Of a DNA stretch of 64,000 nt, positions 9,868-18,482 are shown piece by piece (the first letter of the stretch is position 1; the number at the start of each line of letters is the position of its first letter). The position numbers and the translations under genes are program-made. The notes below the pieces were generated by a model that saw only the letters and a program-made list of their open reading frames with translations, did not search any database and was not told the DNA's origin. The stretch is taken from IMG/VR virus record IMGVR_UViG_2765236003_000003, positions 753 to 64,752 of that record, one strand, 5' to 3'. The DNA is from a virus.

Positions 9868-10605
9868 CTATGTGGCGTCACACAGATCCGCTTTCCCGAC
9901 CCGCTTCACTGGTGCTTTCAGGGCAAGTGGTTCGAACCCCGGCGGCCATGCCCCGGGATGAATGGAGTCGCTCGGAGAGTACTTCTCCGGTGCGCCGCCG
10001 AAGAGATCCCGTCTCCATCTGTCTCCGCCTGAGCTGAAGAAGTCGACTGCGACCACGGATTCATAGTTTTCGTAGTCACTCAGATCAATGAGATACCGCG
10101 AGCACGGGTCTAGTGGAGCGTCGATGGGGACAATCTTGAAGGCGACCAGGTCATCGCCTGGCAGTTCAGCCTCCGAGCCGCCACGTGCGGCTATGCTGGA
10201 CAAGTCCTCGTAATCTCCTTCGACGAGCGCCCAAGAGATGATCGGATCTGGCGACCTGTTCATCACGAAGAGTCTCGGATTCTTGCCATCCCACTCGTCT
10301 CGCCAGGCAGTGACTCTTGCAGCGCGCGCCCGCTCCTTGTCCTGGTTGTCTTCAGTGATGAGCGCTCGTTGATCCTGTAGCGCTTCCACGGCAGTCCAGG
10401 TCGCCACGCCGCTAATCGCGAGACCAACTGCTGCTGCAATCGCCGACACGAAGGTGCCCCACGCTGTGAGGCGGTCGGAATGCCCAATGCTGGTCCGGCG
10501 GTTAACGCGCCGTAGCGCCCGACGCGTGAGCGCTCGCCGCCCCTGACGCCCGCGCTCTCCACGAATCCCCACGATCGATGCCCCCGAAAGCTCGCTCATC
10601 GGCAC
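9868..10605 (-). CDS. Single-TM hypothetical protein (moron)
   Basis: TM segment GTFVSAIAAAVGLAISGVATW; atypical codon usage; antisense to neighbours; start uncertain. Confidence 0.6.
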   Translation of the reverse strand: MPMSELSGASIVGIRGERGRQGRRALTRRALRRVNRRTSIGHSDRLTAWGTFVSAIAAAVGLAISGVATWTAVEALQDQRALITEDNQDKERARAARVTAWRDEWDGKNPRLFVMNRSPDPIISWALVEGDYEDLSSIAARGGSEAELPGDDLVAFKIVPIDAPLDPCSRYLIDLSDYENYESVVAVDFFSSGGDRWRRDLFGGAPEKYSPSDSIHPGAWPPGFEPLALKAPVKRVGKADLCDAT

Positions 10606-10799
10606 AACGAGGGACTGACGGCACGGGCACGCTCCGCACGGCTGTGCACGCCGACCTCTGACCTGCTACGAGTGGATTGATTCTCAGCCCAGACACGCTA
10701 AAATAGTACAGCGAACGTCGGGGCGAGATGCTAACGCCCTGCGCGCTCCAGCATCCGGGAGAGCAACCCGGAAGACCCGAAGCGAAAGGCCCCCATTCC

Positions 10800-12425
10800 G
10801 TGGCTGGAATCACCGTGCCCCAGCGCACCCGTAGGAGCCGGAAGCCCACCGGCAAGCCGAACCCGCCGATCATCCTGCTCACCGGCCCCGAAAAGTCCGG
10901 CAAGAGCTACGAAGCCGCCCGCGGCTCCGGCTCCGACCTCATCGGCACGACGTACTGGATCGAGATTGGTGGCACAGAGGGAACCGCCGACTACTACGGC
11001 CGCGTGCCCGGCGCCGACTACGAGATCGTGCAGCACGACGGCTCGTACCAAGACATCCTCGACGCGATCCGGTGGGTGAACCACCAGCCCCGCGTCGACG
11101 GCAAGCCGAGCATGCTGGTCATCGACTCCATGACCTCCCTGTGGGACATGCTCAGCGACGAGATCGCCATGTACGCGCGCAACCGCGCCATCCGCAAGGC
11201 TCAGCGCAACCGCTCCCGCGTGCCCACCCTCGACGATCCGGTCGTCATCGACTCCGACCTGTGGAACCGGGCCAAGGACCGCTGGGGCGAGGTCCTGTGG
11301 CACCTGCGTCGCCACCAGGGCCCGTGCCTGCTGCTCGCCCGAACCGAGATCGTCACCGCCTTCGAGAACGACAAGCCGACCCGCAACACCACTCGGAAGG
11401 TGAAGGCGGAGAAGAACCTGCCCGCGGCCGTCGACGCGATCGTGGACCTCCACGCCATCGGCGAAGCCTGGCTCACCGGCGTGCGCAGCCTGCACATGGA
11501 GATCCAGCCCGGCGAGGCCCAGCGGTTCCACGACTTCACCGTGGACACTCTGCTGCGCCGCCTCGGCCTGCAAGACGCCGCCGAGTCCCGCTCCGCGTAC
11601 GAGGTCCGTCCCGACGCCGAGCTGCACGAGCAGAACCAGCAGCCGCAGCAGTCCGCCCCGCGCGAGCCCGCAGCCCGACAGGCCCAGCCCCTGACCGGAG
11701 AGCAGGCCGCGAAGATGATCCGCGACGCCCTCATGCACCCCACGGACCCGGAGCACGCCCTGCGAGAGCTGCGGGAGGAGCACGGCCGCCGCACCCTCAA
11801 GGCCGTGAAGACGGAGACCGCATGGGGCGTGATGAGCGCCGACGAGCTGATCACGAAGTCGCTCGACCACCTCAAGACCAAGGCCGAGGAGGCGCAGGCA
11901 GACGCGAGCGGCAGCAACCCGCCCGGCGAGGGGCAGACGCAGCCGGACCAGACCGGCGACGAGGACCGGCATGATCAGCCGGACGGGACAGAGCCCGAGC
12001 CGGACGAGGAGGGCACTCCGCCGCCCCCGGACCCGGACGCCGAGCCACCCGTGACCGAGCGGCCCGAAGACGTCAGCGAGGCAGAGGAGCCGCAGAACCT
12101 TCCCCGGTCTCGGACCGCCCAGGCGAAGCGGGTCAACAGGGTGATGTCGGTTCTGCTCACCGAGGCAGAGATCCAGGCCCGCACCCTGGGCCTGTCCATG
12201 CAGGAGCATCTGGAGTCGATCTCCGACCCGAACAACGAGGGCACGCCGCCGCCGATGACCAAGCTGCGGACGCACGTCCTGGAACACCGCCCCATGGTGA
12301 TTGCCCTTCTGGAGGAGCACGGCGAGCGGGAAATCGCCAACGCCTACCGCCTCGCAGGCAAGCCGGAGCTGAAGATCGCCGACATGTTCGCGCCGCTCTA
12401 CACCGACCTCGCCACCGTTGGGTGA
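10800..12425 (+). CDS. AAA-family (Sak4/AAA_24-like) recombination ATPase with long acidic C-terminal region
   Basis: GPEKSGKS Walker A; LVIDSMT Walker B; GAAAGG RBS 10 nt before GTG at 10800. Confidence 0.75.
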   Translation: MAGITVPQRTRRSRKPTGKPNPPIILLTGPEKSGKSYEAARGSGSDLIGTTYWIEIGGTEGTADYYGRVPGADYEIVQHDGSYQDILDAIRWVNHQPRVDGKPSMLVIDSMTSLWDMLSDEIAMYARNRAIRKAQRNRSRVPTLDDPVVIDSDLWNRAKDRWGEVLWHLRRHQGPCLLLARTEIVTAFENDKPTRNTTRKVKAEKNLPAAVDAIVDLHAIGEAWLTGVRSLHMEIQPGEAQRFHDFTVDTLLRRLGLQDAAESRSAYEVRPDAELHEQNQQPQQSAPREPAARQAQPLTGEQAAKMIRDALMHPTDPEHALRELREEHGRRTLKAVKTETAWGVMSADELITKSLDHLKTKAEEAQADASGSNPPGEGQTQPDQTGDEDRHDQPDGTEPEPDEEGTPPPPDPDAEPPVTERPEDVSEAEEPQNLPRSRTAQAKRVNRVMSVLLTEAEIQARTLGLSMQEHLESISDPNNEGTPPPMTKLRTHVLEHRPMVIALLEEHGEREIANAYRLAGKPELKIADMFAPLYTDLATVG

Positions 12426-12444
12426 CGTGAGGTGACGCTCACCG

Positions 12445-12965
12445 GGCGCGCCCCATCTGCCATACCGGGGGAGCGAGGCGCGCCCGCCTCATCACGTCAC
12501 GTCACCTGCCGAAGGCGCGCCCGCGCGACCCAGCCACCGCACGGGCGCGCCTTCGCCATGTCCCGCGAGCGCGCACCCCTCGTCACGACCGCGCGCTTCC
12601 GGCGCGGGAACGGCGCGCCATCCGAAGCGCGCCAGGCGCGCCCCGCCCGGCGTCACCGCCGAGCGCACCCAGGGCGCGCGCTACCCGATGGGGCGCCACC
12701 CCTAGCCAGGCGCGCCCCATGAGGGCGCGCCGGCACTTAGGCAGCGCGCTACTCGGCAGGGGCGCCTCACACCCGAGGCGCGCGCCACGAGGCGGCGCGC
12801 CACCCGGTGACCTGCTGTTTTGCTAGGCGCGCCCGATCCGAAGCGCACCCAGCCACGCCCGACGCGCCTTGGCGACTCGGGCAATGGAGGCCGGGGACGA
12901 ACGCGCCATGGGGGCGTGGGACGCGCCCGGACATGACGAAGGGCGCGCCCAATGCGGGCGCGCCC
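12445..12965. repeat. Cluster of GGCGCGCC palindromes
   Basis: 12 perfect GGCGCGCC copies counted by eye, plus near-matches, in ~520 bp between convergent genes. Confidence 0.8.
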
Positions 12966-12981
12966 ACGATGAGGGTGCGCG

Positions 12982-13815
12982 TCAGTGCGCCGAGCGGCCT
13001 TGCCCCCGGCGCGTGGCGCGCCTCTCCCTGCGCACCTCATCGCGCGCCTCCTGCGCATCCGCGCGCACCGCGTTGCGCAGCCGGGAGAACTCCTCGGGGT
13101 ACTTCTCGACGAGCAGCCGCATCGCCTGGAGACGGTAGTTCGGTGCGGTCGGCATCCGGCCCCACCGCGCCACCGAATAGTTCAGGGTGTACTGCAGGAA
13201 CCTCAGCTCGGCCTCCAGCCGCGAGCGGAGCTGCGAGATGCGCGCCGCGTGCGCCTTGCGCGACTCGCCCTCCACTGCGGGCAGGAACTTCTCCGGGGTG
13301 CGCATCATCTGGATGGCCAGAGCCTGTGTGCGTGGCGCCACCTCGGGTGAGCGGAACGCCAGGCCCTGGACGTAGTCGCGCCCCGAGCGCGCGGCGCCGG
13401 CGGCCTGCCGGACGAACGCCGACCACTCCTCGGCAAACGCCTCGTCGTCGAGCTGCACCAGATACTCGGCCTCGTCGAACGCGAGGTCTTCGACCGCAGC
13501 CACGATGGGCTGCCGCGCCTCCTGGAGCTGAGCGCGGAAGGTGCTGATCCGGGCCTGGTAGTCGCGCTTGGACTCCCCATCGCGACGGGGCACGACAGAC
13601 TTGAACTCGCGAGCTGCGCGATCGGCCGCAGTGAGCGTCCGGCTGGCCAGATCCCGTGAGCGGAAGGCAGCCGCCTGGACCTCGCGCGGGACTCTCCGGT
13701 CAGTGCCGCCCTGTACGAAAGTGGTCCACGCCTCGAAGAACGCCTGATGCGACATCTCCGTCAGGCGCTTGACCTCTGCCGTGACCTTCTCGGCAGGTGG
13801 CTGCGCGTCGGCCAT
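12982..13815 (-). CDS. Hypothetical protein with tandem-duplicated helical domain
   Basis: AGGAGGAG RBS; two copies of AFxExWxxFV...VQxxAFRSxxxAxRT...GESxxxxxARISxxRxxL. Confidence 0.85.
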   Translation of the reverse strand: MADAQPPAEKVTAEVKRLTEMSHQAFFEAWTTFVQGGTDRRVPREVQAAAFRSRDLASRTLTAADRAAREFKSVVPRRDGESKRDYQARISTFRAQLQEARQPIVAAVEDLAFDEAEYLVQLDDEAFAEEWSAFVRQAAGAARSGRDYVQGLAFRSPEVAPRTQALAIQMMRTPEKFLPAVEGESRKAHAARISQLRSRLEAELRFLQYTLNYSVARWGRMPTAPNYRLQAMRLLVEKYPEEFSRLRNAVRADAQEARDEVRRERRATRRGQGRSAH

Positions 13816-13845
13816 TCCTGCGGCTCCTCCTGGTGCGTAGTAGGC

Positions 13846-14047
13846 GATGGCCGCCTCGCAACCGAACCCACTCCGTGTGCCGGGTCATCGCAGGAGCAAC
13901 CGCTCTCCGGCCCTGGGCGCTCTGCACGCGCGCAGTGGTCTCGGACCTGTTCCTCTGGCATGACCCAGGTCGAAAGGGAATTCCCCAAAGAACCGGATAC
14001 CAGCAGGCCCTCAACGCAGTGAGTTCGGCGGCGAGGCGGCCACCTTC
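13846..14047 (-). ncRNA. Candidate ~200-nt structured RNA (ncRNA or leader)
   Basis: Long closing helix 14031-14044 with 13846-13859, extended by CCGAACUCACU/AGUGGGUUCGG; internal helices; TATCAT -10 at 14054-14059. Confidence 0.65.
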
Positions 14048-14093
14048 GTGCGGATGATACCCGCCGGCGCTCGGCGGACATCCACTCGCGGAG

Positions 14094-14414
14094 CTATCCA
14101 GCCGTTTCACCGGGCTTCGGGCTGGTCGCAGACTCGATCGCCGGGGCGACCTTGCTCGGCTTCCAGATCAGGTCGTACGTCGCCTGCGATGCGGCGAGGA
14201 CGGCAGCGATCGTGGCGAAGGTGAGGGTGCCGTGCTGGAACTGCTCCCAGCCGCCGTCCACCGCGACGGTGGCCACACCCGCGACCAGGGCGAGGATGAC
14301 GGCCACCACCTTCTTCACCTCCGTCGACCAGGCCGGGCGCTGAACGATCGCAGTGAGCAGTGGGAGGAGGGCGCCGACCTGGGCGCCGGTCGTGATGGAG
14401 TCGAGGGTCGACAT
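14094..14414 (-). CDS. Holin
   Basis: 106 aa, 2-3 TM segments, LLPLLTAIVQRPAWS...YDLIWKP actinophage holin-like pattern. Confidence 0.8.
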   Translation of the reverse strand: MSTLDSITTGAQVGALLPLLTAIVQRPAWSTEVKKVVAVILALVAGVATVAVDGGWEQFQHGTLTFATIAAVLAASQATYDLIWKPSKVAPAIESATSPKPGETAG

Positions 14415-14453
14415 GGGGATTCTGCCCTTCCGGTTAGGTGATGTGGCGGGCAG

Positions 14454-14484
14454 AGCGTGCGGGAGCCGACGGGCTTGTGTCGTG
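14454..14484 (-). promoter_or_regulatory. Conserved phage promoter copy 3 (holin)
   Basis: CACGAC-acaagcccgtcggctcccg(19)-CACGCT. Confidence 0.7.
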
Positions 14485-14491
14485 CGCTGAG

Positions 14492-14902
14492 CTACGCAGG
14501 GTCGTGCTGGTCGATGTCGTCGGCGATCTCATCGGGCGGCTCGGGCGCCGGGCGGTGCAGCACGTCGCGAACCAGGTCGCGCAGCTCGTGGATGTACTCG
14601 ATCGCGGCGGCCTTCCAGCGGCGCCACTGGCGCTGCTCCTCTTGTAGGTGCTCGACGCGGCGCTCGAGGTCGCTGTACTTCGCTTCGAGGGACGCCATAC
14701 GCTCCTGGGTCTGGTTCGCGGCCGCGCGCTGCTGCTCCAGGAGGCTGGTGAATCCGTCGGTGACGGTCTTGATCGCGGCCACCTGGGCGTCGCTGTCGTT
14801 CTTGCGTTTGGTCTGCCGATACACCAGCCACGCGCCGCCCAAGGCTCCGATCATCCCGAAGAGGGGGGTCAGTACAGGTGCCAGCGAGACGAGCCCATTC
14901 AC
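14492..14902 (-). CDS. TM + coiled-coil protein (lysis-cassette associated)
   Basis: N-terminal TM, heptad coiled coil, C-terminal PAPEPP; GAGGGAG RBS. Confidence 0.75.
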   Translation of the reverse strand: MNGLVSLAPVLTPLFGMIGALGGAWLVYRQTKRKNDSDAQVAAIKTVTDGFTSLLEQQRAAANQTQERMASLEAKYSDLERRVEHLQEEQRQWRRWKAAAIEYIHELRDLVRDVLHRPAPEPPDEIADDIDQHDPA

Positions 14903-14980
14903 TGGCGCTCCCTCGGTCGATCGGTCATGGGTGCGAGGGAGCCGGGACCAGTCATGGGCCCGCGGCTCCCCACGCGCCGT

Positions 14981-15010
14981 ACAGTGCCGGGCTGCGCGCC
15001 TTGTGTCCCG
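14981..15010 (-). promoter_or_regulatory. Conserved phage promoter copy 4
   Basis: CGGGAC-acaaggcgcgcagcccgg(18)-CACTGT. Confidence 0.6.
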
Positions 15011-15018
15011 TCCTCGGA

Positions 15019-15390
15019 TCAGGCGCTGGTCAGCAGGGCGGGAGTGACGCCCGCAGTGATGTTCCATGCGTCTTTGACCGCGGTGAGGAGGTGACCGTCG
15101 GTGATCGCCTCGCACAGCGCGGCGGGCTCCTGGCTCGCGGCGGTGGCGGCCGCGGCGAGGACCGTTTCGCACGTCGCGATAACCGGGGTGAGCCCGGCGC
15201 TGGTGGCTGCTGTGAGGTCGGTGGGGTTGAGGACGGATCGGGCGAGGCTGACGCGCAGCGGGTTGCCGGGAGTCGCGGGGTCCTCATCGAGGACCTGGCG
15301 GGCGACGTACGTCCAGGCCATGCGCACCCGTGCAGCGAACGGACCGTGCAGGGCCAGAGAGTGCATGGCGGCGAAGGAGATGGCGGGCAC
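15019..15390 (-). CDS. Hypothetical protein after tail fibre (possible chaperone)
   Basis: GGAAGGA RBS; position directly downstream of fibre gene. Confidence 0.7.
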   Translation of the reverse strand: MPAISFAAMHSLALHGPFAARVRMAWTYVARQVLDEDPATPGNPLRVSLARSVLNPTDLTAATSAGLTPVIATCETVLAAAATAASQEPAALCEAITDGHLLTAVKDAWNITAGVTPALLTSA

Positions 15391-15410
15391 AGCGGAGATT
15401 CCTTCCAGGG

Positions 15411-18400
15411 CTACTTGGTGTAGGTGACGCGGAGTTTCGGCGGGTTGGTCTGGCCGACGCCGCGGGCGATGCCGTAGTACGTCGACGAGGTCGAGTTGGG
15501 GTCCAGGGCGATGCCGCGCCATGACGTGCTGTCGAAGACTGCGGTGATGTCGACCCACTTGCCCTCGTTCCGATTCCACGAGATCGTCTGCGACTCGGAA
15601 TCCGAGGAGAAGGTGGATGGGCGGGACGTGTGTTTATGGGCCTTGATCACGGCCTTGCCGCCGCTGTTCGAGTACCAGTGCTCGAAGTAGAGGTAGACCT
15701 CCGCTTTGATGATCTTGGCGCCGGACAGGTCCGTGCCGAGTGAGGACGGGAAACCGATCAGCGCGGCCTGGGTGCCGTTCGTCGAGCTGTAGTAGCCCTG
15801 GACGCACCGGTTGCCGTAGTAGGAGTTGTACGAGCCGCGGTTGGCGTAGGAGCCGGACCAGGACGCCGAGTAGGTCTTGGTGTACTTCTGCTCCGGGGGC
15901 GTGGTTGTGCCGCCGCCCGTGTTGTAGCCGCCCGTCTCGGGAATCCGGGGGCCGATGTCCTCGACGTAATACTTGCCGAGGCTCGTGCTGGAGCCGGAGA
16001 GCGTGACCGTCTGGCCCGAGGGCTGGTAGGCGTTGACGAACGTGATGAGCGTGCGGTGCAGCCCCGCGCCGAGATCCGAGCCGGGCACGATGTGCTCCAG
16101 CCGGACCGTGAAGGAGTTGCCCAACGGCATTTGATGGACAGCGAGGTGGAGCTGTTTGCTCGTGATGGTTGGAGACGCGGTGCCGCCGTCGCGGAGTCGG
16201 ATCTGCAGCTCGCCGCCTGCGACGGAGGGGTTCGCACGGGCCTCGAATACGAAGCGGTACATGCGGGTCGCGTCGGCCTCGAAGTCCAGTTCGACGAACC
16301 CCATCTCGCTGCCGGAGCAGGTGACGGTGCTGGCCTGGTAGTCGATCGCGAGGATGCCGCGCGGGAGCTGGTTGAGGTATTCGGTCCAGTCGCTGCCGCC
16401 GACGGTGAAGGTGTCGGCAACGGCCAGGCTCTGGAATCCGGCGTTGCCCTCTTCGTCGATCGTGGCGACCGGCGTGCCGGCCGTGGACAGCGTCAGGTAG
16501 TTGGGGCGGCCGGTCACCAGGGCGACTGCTTCCTGTCCGGCGTCGTCGTACAGAAGCAGACCCTGCGGCGACAACTCGGCCCGAGCCCCGGCGAACCCGG
16601 AAGCCAGCACCACGCGGCACACCGCGTTGTCGAAGGTGACCGTGCCCGCGGTGGACTCGTTGGTGGAGATGGTGACGCGGGCCGTCACCGTGCCAGCGGG
16701 CGCGGCCTCGTCGGGCACGCCCTGGATGCGCTGCCACCCACCACGGGTCACGTTGCCTTCGCCAGTGGTCACGGTGCTGTAGCCGAGGAGTCCGCCGGTC
16801 GCGTCCTCCCAGCGGGCGTACACGCTGACCCGGCGTCCGGCCCAGTCGTCGGAGGCGAAGTAGTCGACGCCGAGGAACATCTTCTGGCCCGGTACGGCGG
16901 GTGCCAGGGCGAGGACGAGGGTGCGGGTGACGGCTGTCGTGGCGGTCGCGTCGACACGGACGGCGCGCGGGGTGTTGTTGCCCGGCGTGACGACGCTCCA
17001 GTAGGGCGACCCGGCCACCCGCGCGTCGGTGACGGCGTTCTCAAAAGACGGGTCGGCGATCAGGTTGCCGTCGGTGCCGAGTGCGAGCCGGTCGGCGGTG
17101 AGACTGCCGGCCTTGATGTGGGTGGCGTCGATGCTGCCCACAAGGATCTTGGTGGCGGTCACGGCGTTCGCGGCCAGCTTGTCAGAGGTCACGGACAAGG
17201 CGGCGAGTTTGTCCGCCGTGATCGCGAGAGCTGCGATCTTCTCCGCGGTGACGCCGAGCGCGACGATCTTCTCGGCGGTCACCGAGTTCACGGCCAGTTC
17301 GTTGGCGCTGATCGACCCGGCCACGACCATGCCGGCCGCAACGACGGTACGGGCCTCGACGTTGTCGAACCACACTCGCCCGGTGGAGGCTTCAGACGCC
17401 TCGACGCGCAGGGACGCGCCGACGGTTCCGGCGGGAGCCTTCACCTGGGCGGTGGCGCGAGCCCACGAACCGCCGAGCACATGCGGCGCGGACGCGACGC
17501 CGTATCCGAGGACCTTGCCGTCAGCGTCGTCGTAGCGCAGGTAGAGCTTCGCTGCCGAGCCGTTGTAGTCGGCGGACACCTTGAAGTCGAAGGCGAGGAA
17601 GTGACGTTCGCCGGGGAGCACCTTCAGGTAGGCCAGTTGGAGGCTGCGCCAGTCCCTGACCGTGTTCGTGCTGTCGACGGACAGGGCCGTCGGGCTGTTG
17701 TTGCCGGGCGTGGTGAGGGTCCACTCCGGACGCTCCGCGATGAGCTGCGCAGTCTGCGGCCCCTCGAACGACGGGTCCGGGGCGAGGTTTCCAGCACCGA
17801 GGGCGAGTTGGTCGGCGCCGATCGCGCCGAGCTTGACCTTGGCCGCCGACACGGCCTGTTCGGCGAGTTTGGTCTCGTCGATGATCCCGTCGATCAGGTC
17901 CTTCGGCACAGCCTGCCGAGGCGTGCCCTGGACGGCAGCCGAAGGCGGACCCGTGATGGACGCAGTGTTCTGCGCGACGAGCCGCACCCACACTGGGTCG
18001 TATCCCTCGACCGCCACGGTGACAGTGCCGCCGAGCACTGCGGTGATCGTCGCGGTAAGAGTGGTCACATCGGGGGTGAAGTCCTCGGCGGCGCCGAGGT
18101 GAACCTGTATCAGGGAGAAGTCAGTGGGTGTGTCGTAGGAGTCGTCCCATTGGCCGTCCCAGCCGACGACGAGTCCGGCGAGTACCGGCTCGATCGTGGG
18201 CGGCATGGGCGTCGGGGGCGGGTCCGTGTTGACCGGAACGAGTGCGACGCCGCCGTCGGGCTGTACGCCGACGCTGCCCTTGAGGTTCCCGTCGGCGTCG
18301 TAGATGTCCATGGCGCCGCCCTCGATGGAGGTGTGGGCGGCCTGGGTGGAGCGTTCGAGGGCCTTGAGGCGGCGGTCGTAGTCGTCCAGGAGGGCAGCGA

Positions 18401-18440
18401 ACCGCCGGGCATCCCCTTGCGAGTCCAGGAAGTTGACCAT
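15411..18440 (-). CDS. Tail fibre/receptor-binding protein
   Basis: ITADKLAA-type repeats; two duplicated GNLxxDPSFE...TPGNN CBM-like domains; C-terminal beta-rich domain. Confidence 0.85.
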   Translation of the reverse strand: MVNFLDSQGDARRFAALLDDYDRRLKALERSTQAAHTSIEGGAMDIYDADGNLKGSVGVQPDGGVALVPVNTDPPPTPMPPTIEPVLAGLVVGWDGQWDDSYDTPTDFSLIQVHLGAAEDFTPDVTTLTATITAVLGGTVTVAVEGYDPVWVRLVAQNTASITGPPSAAVQGTPRQAVPKDLIDGIIDETKLAEQAVSAAKVKLGAIGADQLALGAGNLAPDPSFEGPQTAQLIAERPEWTLTTPGNNSPTALSVDSTNTVRDWRSLQLAYLKVLPGERHFLAFDFKVSADYNGSAAKLYLRYDDADGKVLGYGVASAPHVLGGSWARATAQVKAPAGTVGASLRVEASEASTGRVWFDNVEARTVVAAGMVVAGSISANELAVNSVTAEKIVALGVTAEKIAALAITADKLAALSVTSDKLAANAVTATKILVGSIDATHIKAGSLTADRLALGTDGNLIADPSFENAVTDARVAGSPYWSVVTPGNNTPRAVRVDATATTAVTRTLVLALAPAVPGQKMFLGVDYFASDDWAGRRVSVYARWEDATGGLLGYSTVTTGEGNVTRGGWQRIQGVPDEAAPAGTVTARVTISTNESTAGTVTFDNAVCRVVLASGFAGARAELSPQGLLLYDDAGQEAVALVTGRPNYLTLSTAGTPVATIDEEGNAGFQSLAVADTFTVGGSDWTEYLNQLPRGILAIDYQASTVTCSGSEMGFVELDFEADATRMYRFVFEARANPSVAGGELQIRLRDGGTASPTITSKQLHLAVHQMPLGNSFTVRLEHIVPGSDLGAGLHRTLITFVNAYQPSGQTVTLSGSSTSLGKYYVEDIGPRIPETGGYNTGGGTTTPPEQKYTKTYSASWSGSYANRGSYNSYYGNRCVQGYYSSTNGTQAALIGFPSSLGTDLSGAKIIKAEVYLYFEHWYSNSGGKAVIKAHKHTSRPSTFSSDSESQTISWNRNEGKWVDITAVFDSTSWRGIALDPNSTSSTYYGIARGVGQTNPPKLRVTYTK

Positions 18441-18448
18441 GGCGCGGG

Positions 18449-18479
18449 ATGCTGCGCGGAGCCCGTGCTTTGCGTCGCG
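18449..18479 (-). promoter_or_regulatory. Conserved phage promoter copy 5 (possibly leaderless tail fibre)
   Basis: CGCGAC-gcaaagcacgggctccgcg(19)-CAGCAT, ATG 8 nt downstream. Confidence 0.75.
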
Positions 18480-18482
18480 TGC

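Noticed and set aside
9948-9972. GCCCCGGGATGAATGGAG resembling an IS3-type end
   Set aside because: Single copy inside an ORF, with no transposase or partner repeat
12445-12965. CRISPR-like interpretation of the GGCGCGCC array
   Set aside because: Repeat is only 8 bp, spacing is irregular and no cas genes are present
12432-13058. Short Arg/Ala/Pro-rich ORFs across the array
   Set aside because: By-products of the repeats, without codon bias
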